Of a stretch of 64,000 bases of DNA, positions 46,901 to 56,348 are shown piece by piece. Under the pieces are notes generated by a model. That model was not told where the DNA came from and searched no databases. It saw only the letters and a program-made list of their open reading frames with translations. Numbering within the stretch: position 1 is the stretch's first letter; every line of letters starts with the position of its first letter. The translations under genes and the position numbers were made by a program. The stretch spans positions 4,540 through 68,539 of the forward strand of contig JAKSIK010000012.1 in the NCBI GenBank assembly GCA_024398835.1. The letters are read 5' to 3'. This stretch comes from Fibrobacter sp. (GTDB taxonomy: Bacteria; Fibrobacterota; Fibrobacteria; Fibrobacterales; Fibrobacteraceae).

Positions 46901-47594
46901 TTGCATCACCATATTCCCCGAAATGTTCGCCCCCATGAAGAGTTCCATCATGGGTCGGGCCCAAAATAAGGGCCTCATGGAGTTCAATACCGTCTATCTG
47001 CGGGATTTTGCCATCAACGACTACGGTCAGGTAGATGATGTTCCCTATGGCGGCGAACCGGGCATGGTCCTCCGACCGGAACCCCTGGCCAAGGCCATCC
47101 GGAGCACAGGCGTCAAGGAAGACGGCGGAAAAGTCATCTACCTCACGGCGGACGGCGTCCCCTTCACCCATAAAATCGCGAAGGAACTCTCCGAAGAAAG
47201 CCATCTGGTGCTGGTCTGCGGCCACTACAAGGGCATCGACGACCGCATCCGCCAGACAGAGGTGGATATGGAAATCTCCATCGGGGATTTCGTGGTGAGT
47301 GGCGGCGAACTGCCGGCTATGATTGTCACCGATGCCGTGGTCAGGCTCCTGGACGGGGCCCTCGGCCACAAGGAATCCGGTGAAACAGACTCTTTTGCCC
47401 AGGGCGTACTAGGGTGGCCGGTCTACACCCGACCTGAGGAATTTGAGGGGAAAAAGGTGCCCGAAGTGCTACTTTCGGGCCATCACAAGAACATTTCGGA
47501 GTGGCGGAGGCAAGAATCCTTAAAAAGAACCCAAGAAAGACGCCCCGACATCTTTGAAAAACTGGAATTAAATACTAAATTTGGCGACAAATAA
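46890..47594 (+). CDS. trmD: tRNA (guanine37-N1)-methyltransferase
   Basis: ITIFPEMF, VDDVPYGG, CGHYKGIDDR, SIGDFVVSGGE, YTRP. Confidence 0.96.
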   Translation: MKIDCITIFPEMFAPMKSSIMGRAQNKGLMEFNTVYLRDFAINDYGQVDDVPYGGEPGMVLRPEPLAKAIRSTGVKEDGGKVIYLTADGVPFTHKIAKELSEESHLVLVCGHYKGIDDRIRQTEVDMEISIGDFVVSGGELPAMIVTDAVVRLLDGALGHKESGETDSFAQGVLGWPVYTRPEEFEGKKVPEVLLSGHHKNISEWRRQESLKRTQERRPDIFEKLELNTKFGDK

Positions 47595-47609
47595 AACGAG
47601 GTCACAATT

Positions 47610-47957
47610 ATGTCCCTGAATATTGAAGCAATCCAAAATGAAAATTTGAAGGCTGACATGCCTAACTTCCGCGCTGGCGACACCGTCACTGTGAACGTGA
47701 AGGTTATTGAAGGTACCAAGGAACGTATCCAGCCGTTCAAGGGTGTTGTCATCCAGCAGAAGAACAGCGGCATCGGCAAGACTCTTACCGTCCGCAAGAT
47801 GAGCGGCTCTGTGGCTGTGGAACGTATCTTCCCCATGAACTCTCCCCGCATCGATTCCATCGTTCTGGATCGCGCCGGTAAGGTTCATCAGGCTCGCATC
47901 TACTACATGCGCGACCTCCGTGGTAAGGCCGCCCGTATCGACGAGCGCCAGGCCTAA
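47610..47957 (+). CDS. rplS: 50S ribosomal protein L19
   Basis: FRAGDTV, ERIQPFKGVVI, VERIFP, YYMRDLRGKAARI. Confidence 0.98.
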   Translation: MSLNIEAIQNENLKADMPNFRAGDTVTVNVKVIEGTKERIQPFKGVVIQQKNSGIGKTLTVRKMSGSVAVERIFPMNSPRIDSIVLDRAGKVHQARIYYMRDLRGKAARIDERQA

Positions 47958-47983
47958 TCTCTGGAACCAGGGGCTATTTCCCG

Positions 47984-48898
47984 ATGAGTACGGGGGATTC
48001 CCACAAGCAACTAATCCCGCCCACGCAGGTAAGCGTGAAGGCGGGTTTTGTTGTATATTCGCCGGACGATGAAACGCGAAACATCATCATCCTGAACAAG
48101 GGCGAACTTGCAGCGGTGGACAGGAGCGAAATCCCTGCAAGGACAATCTTCAAAATGCAGCCCGGGGAACTGGTTGGCGTCGCGGCGCTCCTAGAGCGTG
48201 AACCCTTCAAGTACACCTTGGAAGCCACTCAGGATTCCGAAATCACCCTTATCTCCGAAGACTGCATGGAATCGGAGCTGAAGACTCTCCCCCTGTGGCT
48301 ATTAGCGGTAATCAAGGGGCTTTCTGCCCAGACCCGCAAACTGAAGGAAGCCACGCGAAAGCCTCGGGTGCAAAACACTCTCAAAAGCCTCTCGGAATAC
48401 ATCAGCCATCTGGAGCCGAAAAAATCCTACCCTATGGACGAACTCTGCAGGGAATTCCGCTGGCAGACCAAGATTCCAGAATCTCAAATCCAGGCCGATT
48501 TGAAAGCGCTAGCCAGGCGGCAATTTTTGGAAATTCGAAAAGGCGAAAACGGCACGGAAATCTACTCCGACCACCCCATGCTCATCCAGATTTATGTAGA
48601 CTACCAGAAGGCATCGGAAAAGAACAAGCCCTGGGCGCCCTTCCAACTGACAGACACTCAAAAAAAGGCACTCACCCTTCTCGCCGCACTCCAGAAAGAC
48701 GTGCAAACAGATGCACCTTCCTGGCTTAAATTCTTTACAGATTCTGGAATCGCCATCAATGTGACGGAATGGATTAAGATGCTCTCCTTCGGGTGGTTCA
48801 AGGTTTGCGACGATAGTTCCTTCCAGGTGAACAAGGACAAGATTCTCTACTACCAACTGGCGCTCCGCTATGCCGCCAACATTCGGGGGGTGCTGTAA
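47984..48898 (+). CDS. cyclic-nucleotide-binding-like domain protein (Crp/Fnr-like, degenerate)
   Basis: IIILNKGEL...MQPGELVG..ALL...TLEATQDSEI cNMP-fold pattern. Confidence 0.72.
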   Translation: MSTGDSHKQLIPPTQVSVKAGFVVYSPDDETRNIIILNKGELAAVDRSEIPARTIFKMQPGELVGVAALLEREPFKYTLEATQDSEITLISEDCMESELKTLPLWLLAVIKGLSAQTRKLKEATRKPRVQNTLKSLSEYISHLEPKKSYPMDELCREFRWQTKIPESQIQADLKALARRQFLEIRKGENGTEIYSDHPMLIQIYVDYQKASEKNKPWAPFQLTDTQKKALTLLAALQKDVQTDAPSWLKFFTDSGIAINVTEWIKMLSFGWFKVCDDSSFQVNKDKILYYQLALRYAANIRGVL

Positions 48899-49827
48899 TG
48901 CTCATCGCCGAAGGTGAATATCTGTGCCTAGAAGGAGAACGGGGGAACTCGCTCTACATCGTCCAATCCGGCATGTTCAAGGGAACTAGCCGCAAGAATC
49001 CCGAAAGCGAGCCGGAGTATTTCGAGCCGGGATCCATCATCGGGGAACTTAGTTTGTTAGAAACCGCCCCGCGGGAGCTCACCATCCAGGCAGAAGAAGA
49101 CAGCGAAGTCCTGGTTATCGAGCAGGAACAACTGAAGGAGATTCTAGACGCGAAGCCCTCCTGGATAAATTCCATCATGAGTTTCCTCGTAAGCCGGAGG
49201 CACATCGCCGAAGAGAACAAAAAGAAAAGCGATTTGGTGCAGGCGCTGCCTCCGCTCCTCTTCCTGTTTGCGAAGTACATTGAGAATTCCAAGACGGACA
49301 CGATTCCGCTACTGCTGCTGCAGGAAAAGCTTCACGATATGAATGGCACCGCGCCTGAGGAAGCCAACCATCTGTTGCAGATTCTTGAAGATTTGAAACT
49401 GCTGAAAATAGAGCGAGATGTGGTCCGCGCAGAAAGCCTGCAAGTGATTCCACTGCTCTATCACACCTTGAAGTATCGGGCCCTCCACAAGCAGGTTTCG
49501 CCAAATATCCTCTCCATGACGGAGCAGATGGTGCTTACTGTATTCCTCCAGCTAGCCAAAGGGAACCGGCTCACCAGCAACGACGGCATCTGCACCATCC
49601 CAACGGAACTACTGAAAGAAGAGGCAAAGAAGTCCATGCACTTCACCCTTACCTCCCGCATTGTTGCTCCCCTTGTGCACAAGGGCGTTTTCGTAACCGA
49701 TCAGCCGTTTGACATCCATGCCCCTCTGGATAATGTACCCTGCTTCTATGCCGAATTTGAAAAGAGCCTAGACCTCTTGGAAATGAATCGCATCTTCCCC
49801 CTGCTGGACAAAAAACTGGTTGGGTAA
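48898..49827 (+). CDS. cyclic-nucleotide-binding domain protein (Crp/Fnr-like)
   Basis: EGERGNSLYIVQSG...PGSIIGELSLLETAPRELTIQAEEDSEV. Confidence 0.82.
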   Translation: MLIAEGEYLCLEGERGNSLYIVQSGMFKGTSRKNPESEPEYFEPGSIIGELSLLETAPRELTIQAEEDSEVLVIEQEQLKEILDAKPSWINSIMSFLVSRRHIAEENKKKSDLVQALPPLLFLFAKYIENSKTDTIPLLLLQEKLHDMNGTAPEEANHLLQILEDLKLLKIERDVVRAESLQVIPLLYHTLKYRALHKQVSPNILSMTEQMVLTVFLQLAKGNRLTSNDGICTIPTELLKEEAKKSMHFTLTSRIVAPLVHKGVFVTDQPFDIHAPLDNVPCFYAEFEKSLDLLEMNRIFPLLDKKLVG

Positions 49828-49832
49828 TTATT

Positions 49833-49976
49833 AATGCAGAATGCAGAATGCAGAATGCAGAATTTTGACGAGGCGAGTGAAACGAACGAGCTTGCTCGGG
49901 CACTTCCGAGCCGAAGTTAAAATGAGTGCGAAGTACTAATTGTGCATTTTGAATTTTAAATTGTGAATTGTGAATT
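49833..49976. repeat. heptamer-flanked structured intergenic element
   Basis: (AATGCAG)4, a ~77-bp core with nested hairpins, then AATTGTG-type heptamers. Confidence 0.8.
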
Positions 49977-50016
49977 ACTATATTGTTTTCTGTAAAAATT
50001 CAACCAAAGGTTTATT

Positions 50017-50397
50017 ATGAAAATCAAGACCCTTCTCATCACTTTGGCAAGTGCCTCCACCATTTTTGCTCAGGATGCCGCTCAAGCAGAACAGCCCAGC
50101 GCTCTCGCTAGCTTCCTCCCCCTCATTCTCCTCTTTGTGGTGATGTGGCTCTTCTTCATCCGCCCGAAGCAGAAGGAAATGAAGAAGATGGACCAGATGC
50201 GCAAGGAATTGAAGAAGGGCGACAAGGTCATGACTGCCGCTGGCATCATCGGTATCGTTACCAACATTGAAGAAGGCTCCAGCATCATTACCGTCCGTAC
50301 CGGTTCCACAACTTTGATTGACTTCGAAAAGGCCGCCATTCTGAAGGTTCTCAATGCCGAACCCAAGGCTGACGCAAAAGCCGAAGAAAAGAAGTAA
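50017..50397 (+). CDS. yajC: preprotein translocase subunit YajC
   Basis: WLFFIRPKQKE...LKKGDKVMTAAGIIG. Confidence 0.93.
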   Translation: MKIKTLLITLASASTIFAQDAAQAEQPSALASFLPLILLFVVMWLFFIRPKQKEMKKMDQMRKELKKGDKVMTAAGIIGIVTNIEEGSSIITVRTGSTTLIDFEKAAILKVLNAEPKADAKAEEKK

Positions 50398-50413
50398 TCT
50401 TTAAGGTAGCGCA

Positions 50414-50953
50414 ATGGCGATTCTCCCCATTTGTAAATACGGCGATCCGGTCCTCCGCAAAAAGTCTGAGCCCATCAGGGAAATCACTCCCGAGCTCCGT
50501 CAGCTGGCGATGGACATGCTGGAAACGCTCTACGACGCGCCCGGCTGCGGTTTAGCGGCGCCCCAAATTGGAAAGAACATCCGTCTGGTGGTTATCGACA
50601 CGACTCTTCCTGAAGAAGAGGAGAAGGATCCCCACATCATGTTCAACCCAGAATGGGAACCTGAAGAAGACGCAAAGCCCTGCGATTACGACGAAGGCTG
50701 CCTTTCCGTGCCTGACATTTTCTGCAACGTGGTTCGCCCCGACAAGGTGGCGGTGCGGTTCTTCGACATCAACGGAGAGCCTCAGGAAATCCGTCATTGC
50801 GAAGGCCTCTTTGCCCGTTGCATTCAGCACGAAGTAGACCACCTGAATGGCGACCTCTTCGTCGATAAAATTTCCACATCCGACCGTACCTTGAACCAAT
50901 CCAAGTTGCGGAAGATGGCCAAGGAAACTCAGTCCAAGCTGAAAAAGAAATAA
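50414..50953 (+). CDS. def: peptide deformylase
   Basis: GCGLAAPQIG, EGCLS, QHEVDHLNG. Confidence 0.97.
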   Translation: MAILPICKYGDPVLRKKSEPIREITPELRQLAMDMLETLYDAPGCGLAAPQIGKNIRLVVIDTTLPEEEEKDPHIMFNPEWEPEEDAKPCDYDEGCLSVPDIFCNVVRPDKVAVRFFDINGEPQEIRHCEGLFARCIQHEVDHLNGDLFVDKISTSDRTLNQSKLRKMAKETQSKLKKK

Positions 50954-50966
50954 ATGGGAGCCGGCT

Positions 50967-52331
50967 ATGAACTGGCTTCTCTCATCTTCCCTTGCATTTT
51001 CAATCCTCGCCACAGCGACATTTGCTGCCGAAGATTTTGTATTGCCTGATTTTGACGACCTGCCGAAACCCTCGCAAAAAGTGGAACCTAAAGCAGCTAT
51101 TGAAAGTAATGATGATGAGGTCGTACCTGCCAACTTCACACCCATAGAAGCTGGCTCTACAGGAATCGCAAAATCCGCAGCCGTCAAGAGTCCCGCGAAC
51201 AGCGCCATCGCAAGCCAAGCCATTGAATCCAAGCCCATTCCTGCAGAACTGAACCGTCCCATACGCGTCGGGGTTTACACTGACGCGAAGGAACTGTACC
51301 TCATCCGCGGTGGCGAAGAAATCCGCATTACCGCCGCAGGGAAAAAGTTGAAATTTCAGGGCAAGGAAAATTCCATGGAGGTGGAAGCTAAGGAAATCTA
51401 TGATGAGGGCACTTGCATCGCCATCGCTCCCGACAAGAAATCCTTGAAGACCGCCTGCTATCCTGGATATTTTGACATTGCCATCAGCAAAGGAAAACTG
51501 AACGCTATCAACGTGGTGGACATGGAAGACTACATCCGGGGCGTAATTCCTTACGAAATCGGAAAGTTGGACAGTTCCCGATTCGAAGCATTGAAAGCCC
51601 AGGCAGTAGCGGCACGCACCTACGCCTACAAGCATTTCGGCAGTCGCGAAAGTTTAGGGTTTGATGTATTTGCCGACACTAAGGACCAAGTTTACAAAGG
51701 CCTTCAAAGCGCTACCAGCCTCACAGATTCCGCCGTGAAGGAAACCGCCGGCGAAGCCATGACTTACGATGGAGCATTCATCACCGCCTACTATCATTCG
51801 ACCTGTGGCGGAGAAACTGAAGTCATGGCCACCTGGAATAAAGAAGACATTCCCTATCTAAGGAGCAAACCCGATTTGCGAGAAGATGGGACGCCCTGGT
51901 GCAACGAATCCAGCTACAGCACTTGGGAGCGCAAGTACAGCGACGCAGAAGTGCAGAAAATGGCGAAGGAAAATGCTGGCGAAGTGAAGGCAAAAATCAA
52001 GGACTTTACGAAAGTGACGGACATCGTCATCAAGGATACGCTCCCCAGCGGTCGCATTCTCACCATGGAAGTGATTACAGACAAAGGAAGTTTTGAAATC
52101 ATCAGCGACAAAACCCGCTGGCTTTTCAAGAACAAGGGAACAATCCTACCTTCCTCCTTCTTCCGGATTTCTCGGGATGGCGACAACTGGATTCTCTCCG
52201 GAAAAGGCTTTGGGCATGGCGTAGGCATGTGTCAGATGGGCGTGCGCGCAAGAGCCCAAGCTGGCCAGAAGTACGACGAGATTCTGAAGCACTACTATAC
52301 GGGCATTACCATCCAGCGGTTTGAAAAATGA
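50967..52331 (+). CDS. SpoIID/LytB domain protein (peptidoglycan lytic transglycosylase-like)
   Basis: EDYIRGVIPYE, EALKAQAVAARTYA, YHSTCGG, GFGHGVGMCQ, ILKHYY. Confidence 0.93.
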   Translation: MNWLLSSSLAFSILATATFAAEDFVLPDFDDLPKPSQKVEPKAAIESNDDEVVPANFTPIEAGSTGIAKSAAVKSPANSAIASQAIESKPIPAELNRPIRVGVYTDAKELYLIRGGEEIRITAAGKKLKFQGKENSMEVEAKEIYDEGTCIAIAPDKKSLKTACYPGYFDIAISKGKLNAINVVDMEDYIRGVIPYEIGKLDSSRFEALKAQAVAARTYAYKHFGSRESLGFDVFADTKDQVYKGLQSATSLTDSAVKETAGEAMTYDGAFITAYYHSTCGGETEVMATWNKEDIPYLRSKPDLREDGTPWCNESSYSTWERKYSDAEVQKMAKENAGEVKAKIKDFTKVTDIVIKDTLPSGRILTMEVITDKGSFEIISDKTRWLFKNKGTILPSSFFRISRDGDNWILSGKGFGHGVGMCQMGVRARAQAGQKYDEILKHYYTGITIQRFEK

Positions 52332-53623
52332 AAATTGCCATCATAAGCCAGGGTTGTGCTGCCAATTTTGGAGATGGAGAGAAGCTAGCGCGGAAACTTT
52401 TGCAAGAGGCTTTGAGCAAAGGGGAACCGGCGCCGGAGATTGTTTTTACGATAGATCCAAACTGTGCACCCGATGCACACTGCGCGACGGATGCAAACCG
52501 CGCGCCCGATGCCTTCTACCTCAACGTTTGTACTGTGAAGGGAAACGCAGGCGCCCTAAAGCTCCTCCGCAATACGACGGAAAAATTCCCTGAGGCAAGA
52601 ATTTATATCACAGGTTGCGCGCCCAAGGATTTTCGGGCGGAAGCACTCCGTATTTGTCCTAGCGTCACCTTCCCCGATGCCGCTAATGGCGAAGAGAATC
52701 TGCGTCACCCAAAGTTGCGAGAAAATTCCTTCATCGGCATCGTGAATATTGAGGAGGGCTGCCTCGACGCCTGCAGTTTCTGCAGTACCCATCTGGTAAA
52801 GGGGCGGCTCCGCAGTTTCAGTCCCGAAAGCATCGTGAAAAACGTCGCCGCCCTTGTCGCTGACGGCTGCAAAGAAATTCAGCTCACCGGCCAGGACTGC
52901 GGCTGCTATGGTTTTGACATAGGGACCAACCTCGCCGAGCTGGTGCAGAAAATTCTCGTTCACGTTCCAGGCGATTACCGCATCCGCCTCGGCATGGGAA
53001 ACCCGCGACATATTCTGCAATACAAAGACGCTTTGCTGGAATGCTACAAAGACGAACGGGTCTACAAGTTCATTCATCTCCCCGTTCAAAGCGGGAGCGA
53101 ATCTGTACTGAAGGGCATGAACCGCCGCCACACCGTTCGGGACTACGAAATCCTGGCGGAATCTTTCCAGAAAGAATTTCCGCTTTTCACTTTGAGCACG
53201 GACATCATCGTGGGCTTCCCCGGAGAAACGGAGCAGGACTTTGAAGCCACCTGCAATCTCGTTCGCAACACACGGCCTACCGTCTGCAACATCACGCGGT
53301 TCGTGGCCCGCGCAGGAACTGTAGCCGCTCGCTTTGACGACGCAAGCAACTACCCTCCCGTTCCTGACTCCATAAAGCACTCGCGTTCTGCAGCCCTAGC
53401 AGACATTTTCCAGAAAGTCGCTCAAGAAAACAACAGCCACTGGATAGGGCACGAGGAATTTGTAGTCGTTGAAAAATCCGGCTACCGGGAAGGTACTACC
53501 ATCGCCCGCAACTCAGCTTACCGGCCCGTCGCCATCCAAGGTTCCTTCCCCATAGGCCAAAAACTGCGCGTCCATATTACCGACGCTGAGCCCTTTGCCC
53601 TTATTGGCGAAGTAATTGCCTAA
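52328..53623 (+). CDS. radical-SAM methylthiotransferase (MiaB-like; e-MtaB/CDKAL1-type)
   Basis: UPF0004 cysteines (GCAAN, CTVK, TGC), CLDACSFC, HLPVQSGS, TDIIVGFPGET, C-terminal TRAM-like domain. Confidence 0.9.
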   Translation: MKIAIISQGCAANFGDGEKLARKLLQEALSKGEPAPEIVFTIDPNCAPDAHCATDANRAPDAFYLNVCTVKGNAGALKLLRNTTEKFPEARIYITGCAPKDFRAEALRICPSVTFPDAANGEENLRHPKLRENSFIGIVNIEEGCLDACSFCSTHLVKGRLRSFSPESIVKNVAALVADGCKEIQLTGQDCGCYGFDIGTNLAELVQKILVHVPGDYRIRLGMGNPRHILQYKDALLECYKDERVYKFIHLPVQSGSESVLKGMNRRHTVRDYEILAESFQKEFPLFTLSTDIIVGFPGETEQDFEATCNLVRNTRPTVCNITRFVARAGTVAARFDDASNYPPVPDSIKHSRSAALADIFQKVAQENNSHWIGHEEFVVVEKSGYREGTTIARNSAYRPVAIQGSFPIGQKLRVHITDAEPFALIGEVIA

Positions 53624-53662
53624 CCCGCGGCGCTATCGCAAGAAAACGCGACACTATCACAA

Positions 53663-53691
53663 AAAAGACCCGCCCTTTCGAGCAGGTCTTC
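53663..53691. terminator. terminator between convergent genes
   Basis: AAAAGACCCGC-CCTTTCGA-GCAGGTCTT imperfect hairpin. Confidence 0.6.
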
Positions 53692-53714
53692 AAATTCAAG
53701 CAATCCGTTTAAGA

Positions 53715-54773
53715 TTACTGACCAAGGTACTTGCGGCCAATGCCGAATTCGTCCTTGTATTCCACGTAGTCAGGAACGAAATCCTTGTCGTAAGAGAAGG
53801 TCACATTCAGGGAGCACTGGAACTCGTTCATCAAGTCGCCAATTTCGCCAGCCTTCAGGTTCTTCTTCTTCTTTTCAATCTTTTCTTCGCCCTTCTTGCC
53901 TTCGAGGACTTCAGCTTCGCACCAGCCAGTGCCAGCCTTGGCAATGACTTCCTTGCCATCAGTGGAGACCAGCTTGATCTTGCTCGGATCCAACTTGGTG
54001 TTGTTACCGGTAGAAGCCCAGAACTGGAGTTCGCCAGCGAGGCTGCCCGGAGCCATCTTAATGGTGGGGAATGCCATGACATAGCCCCACTTGTCGATGC
54101 GGCGGTTCACCTTTTCGCCAATCTGTTCGCCGAAGATGAGGAAGTAGCCGCGAGTATCGATGCGGTTCTTGTTCAGAGCTTCCTTGACTTCAGCATTTTC
54201 CGGAGCCATTTCTGCAATCTTCATAATCTGATATGCGGCAACCACCGGGTCAGATTCAGCCTTGGCATCGCCCAGGTTCTTGGCAACGTAAGCGTTTTCA
54301 GCTTCGTTGCGGAGAGTCTTCACGGTTGCTTCGCCAGCGCCACGGGCCTTGGCAGTGGCAAGAGCCGTATCCATCTTTGCAAAAGCGTTGATGATAGTGG
54401 CATAGTCCGTGCCTTCCTGAGAGGCCTGGTTCTTACCCACGGTAGCGAGAGTGGTCACATATTCTTCCACCACTTCCTGCTTCTTCACTTCGGCCATGTT
54501 CACAGAGGCCTTTTCAAAGTAGCCATTGATGAGGTCGCTGTTCACATCCTTCTTGGCTTCGATTTCAGCAGCGCGAACCAGTGCCAGCGTGAAGTTGTCG
54601 TAGAACTCATCAGACATGCTGTTCTTCTTCTTGGCATCCAAGTAAGAGTTGATGGCATTGCGGAAACGGCCTTCCTTCAGGTGTTCGTCACCACGCTTTT
54701 CGTTGGTTCCCTTACAACCGGTAAGAGCCAAGGCGACACTCACGGTCAAAGCAGCAATCAGGAATTTCTTCAT
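53715..54773 (-). CDS. TPR-like lipoprotein
   Basis: lipobox LTGC; GDEHLKEGRFRNAINSY TPR-like helix; codon style like highly expressed genes; GAGG RBS. Confidence 0.78.
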   Translation of the reverse strand: MKKFLIAALTVSVALALTGCKGTNEKRGDEHLKEGRFRNAINSYLDAKKKNSMSDEFYDNFTLALVRAAEIEAKKDVNSDLINGYFEKASVNMAEVKKQEVVEEYVTTLATVGKNQASQEGTDYATIINAFAKMDTALATAKARGAGEATVKTLRNEAENAYVAKNLGDAKAESDPVVAAYQIMKIAEMAPENAEVKEALNKNRIDTRGYFLIFGEQIGEKVNRRIDKWGYVMAFPTIKMAPGSLAGELQFWASTGNNTKLDPSKIKLVSTDGKEVIAKAGTGWCEAEVLEGKKGEEKIEKKKKNLKAGEIGDLMNEFQCSLNVTFSYDKDFVPDYVEYKDEFGIGRKYLGQ

Positions 54774-54917
54774 TATAGAATCCTCTATGTAAAGTTCAAA
54801 AACAGACCTTTAGTCGGACAAATCAACTTTTTGGTCTAGTCAACACTAATTTAATTAAATAAATTTGGCCTGTAATTTTTTTATCCGTAAAAATTTTCTA
54901 AAAAAAGAGTAGGAAGC

Positions 54918-56348
54918 ATGGAAATTCTGGTCATTAGCCCCGAAGCGGGAAGGTGGCAGACCCCGAGCCCCCTGGCGACGGCGGTCAACCGTATGACCGA
55001 CGCCTTTGCAAGGGCCGGAGCCAATGCAGTGACCTGCTCTCCCTTCTATAAGAGCAATCTGGTGGACCTTTACAGCTACCAGTGCGTTTTTAAGGGGGTG
55101 GAAAAGCTTCAGGGGAAGCCCTTCGAAATCTGGAAATCCCTGAAAGACCCCTTCCACACCTACATCTACAACGAAGAATACTTTGAACGGCCCTTTGTGT
55201 ACGGACCACCCAATGCGGTCCCCTATGGAGACAACCACCTCCGGTTCGCCTTCCTCGCCTCTGCCGCCCTGACCTACGCCAAAGAGACGGGGTTCCAGTG
55301 CAAAGCTATCCTCGGACACGAATGGGGTGGCGCCATGGCGGGAGCCCTCACTCACACGGTCTACAAAGAAGACTTTGCAGACGTTCCCTTCTTCTTCACC
55401 GTCCACAACATCACCTACGACTTCCATGTACTCTCCAGCGAAATCGAGGCCATGGGGCTTCCTCGTGAAAACTATAACATGGATGGCTATGAATTCTGGG
55501 GAAAGGTGAGCCTTTTGAAGGCCGGGATTTTCTTTGCCCGGAAAGTGCTGTTCCCCTCCCCCGGTTACTGCGACGCCATGATTAACACCAACCTCTCCGG
55601 AGGTTTGAGTGGCTTCCTCAGCCACAATAGGGACAAGCTGGAAGGCATCCAGTTCGGCGTGAGTTACCAGGTCTGGGATTTCAACATCAATGACAACCTC
55701 CCCATCAAGGAAGCCAAACGAAAGGCAAAAGAGGTCCTCGCCCGCCATCTAGAAATGGAGTGCTGCGACAAGCCCATTCTCTATGTGCACCTGGATGAGG
55801 AATCCGGAAACACCTCCGAAACGCTGGCCACCATTCTTTCCAACATTGCAAAGGAAGGCGTGTTCATCATCGTTGGCGCCGCAGAACAAAGTCAGGAATG
55901 GAACTACTACCACGACGTAGCAAAGCAGTATCAGGGCATCATGGCCATCATTCCTCTTGTTGCTGGCGCGGAAAGCGTGAATAACTTGCGGGCTGTACTT
56001 GCAGGTTCTGACATTCTCTTCGCTGCAAATTTGAAGGAGCCCTCCACCTCCATTATTTTGAAGGCACTTGCCGCAGGCACGCTGCCTCTGACTGGCCGCC
56101 GCGTTGGTGTTGCCAGCCTGCTGGACGACTACTGCCCCGAAACTTCGGGCATGGCAAACGCATTCCTGGTAGATGACGCCAACGCTCCCGACCAGATGCT
56201 CGCCCGCTTGCAAGACGCACTCCACGTCTACCGCGAAGAGACTGCAGATTGGGACAAAGCCGTGGTTAATGCCTACAGCGGGTTCCACTACGAGTGGGAC
56301 AGGACCATCGCGAAATATTTACTAACTTTAGGAGAGTCGGGACTTTAG
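54918..56348 (+). CDS. glycogen/starch synthase-like GT5 protein (degenerate active-site motifs)
   Basis: YGDNHLRFAFL, HEW, FTVHNITY, SLLKAGI, SPGY motifs of GlgA; KxGG absent. Confidence 0.82.
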   Translation: MEILVISPEAGRWQTPSPLATAVNRMTDAFARAGANAVTCSPFYKSNLVDLYSYQCVFKGVEKLQGKPFEIWKSLKDPFHTYIYNEEYFERPFVYGPPNAVPYGDNHLRFAFLASAALTYAKETGFQCKAILGHEWGGAMAGALTHTVYKEDFADVPFFFTVHNITYDFHVLSSEIEAMGLPRENYNMDGYEFWGKVSLLKAGIFFARKVLFPSPGYCDAMINTNLSGGLSGFLSHNRDKLEGIQFGVSYQVWDFNINDNLPIKEAKRKAKEVLARHLEMECCDKPILYVHLDEESGNTSETLATILSNIAKEGVFIIVGAAEQSQEWNYYHDVAKQYQGIMAIIPLVAGAESVNNLRAVLAGSDILFAANLKEPSTSIILKALAAGTLPLTGRRVGVASLLDDYCPETSGMANAFLVDDANAPDQMLARLQDALHVYREETADWDKAVVNAYSGFHYEWDRTIAKYLLTLGESGL

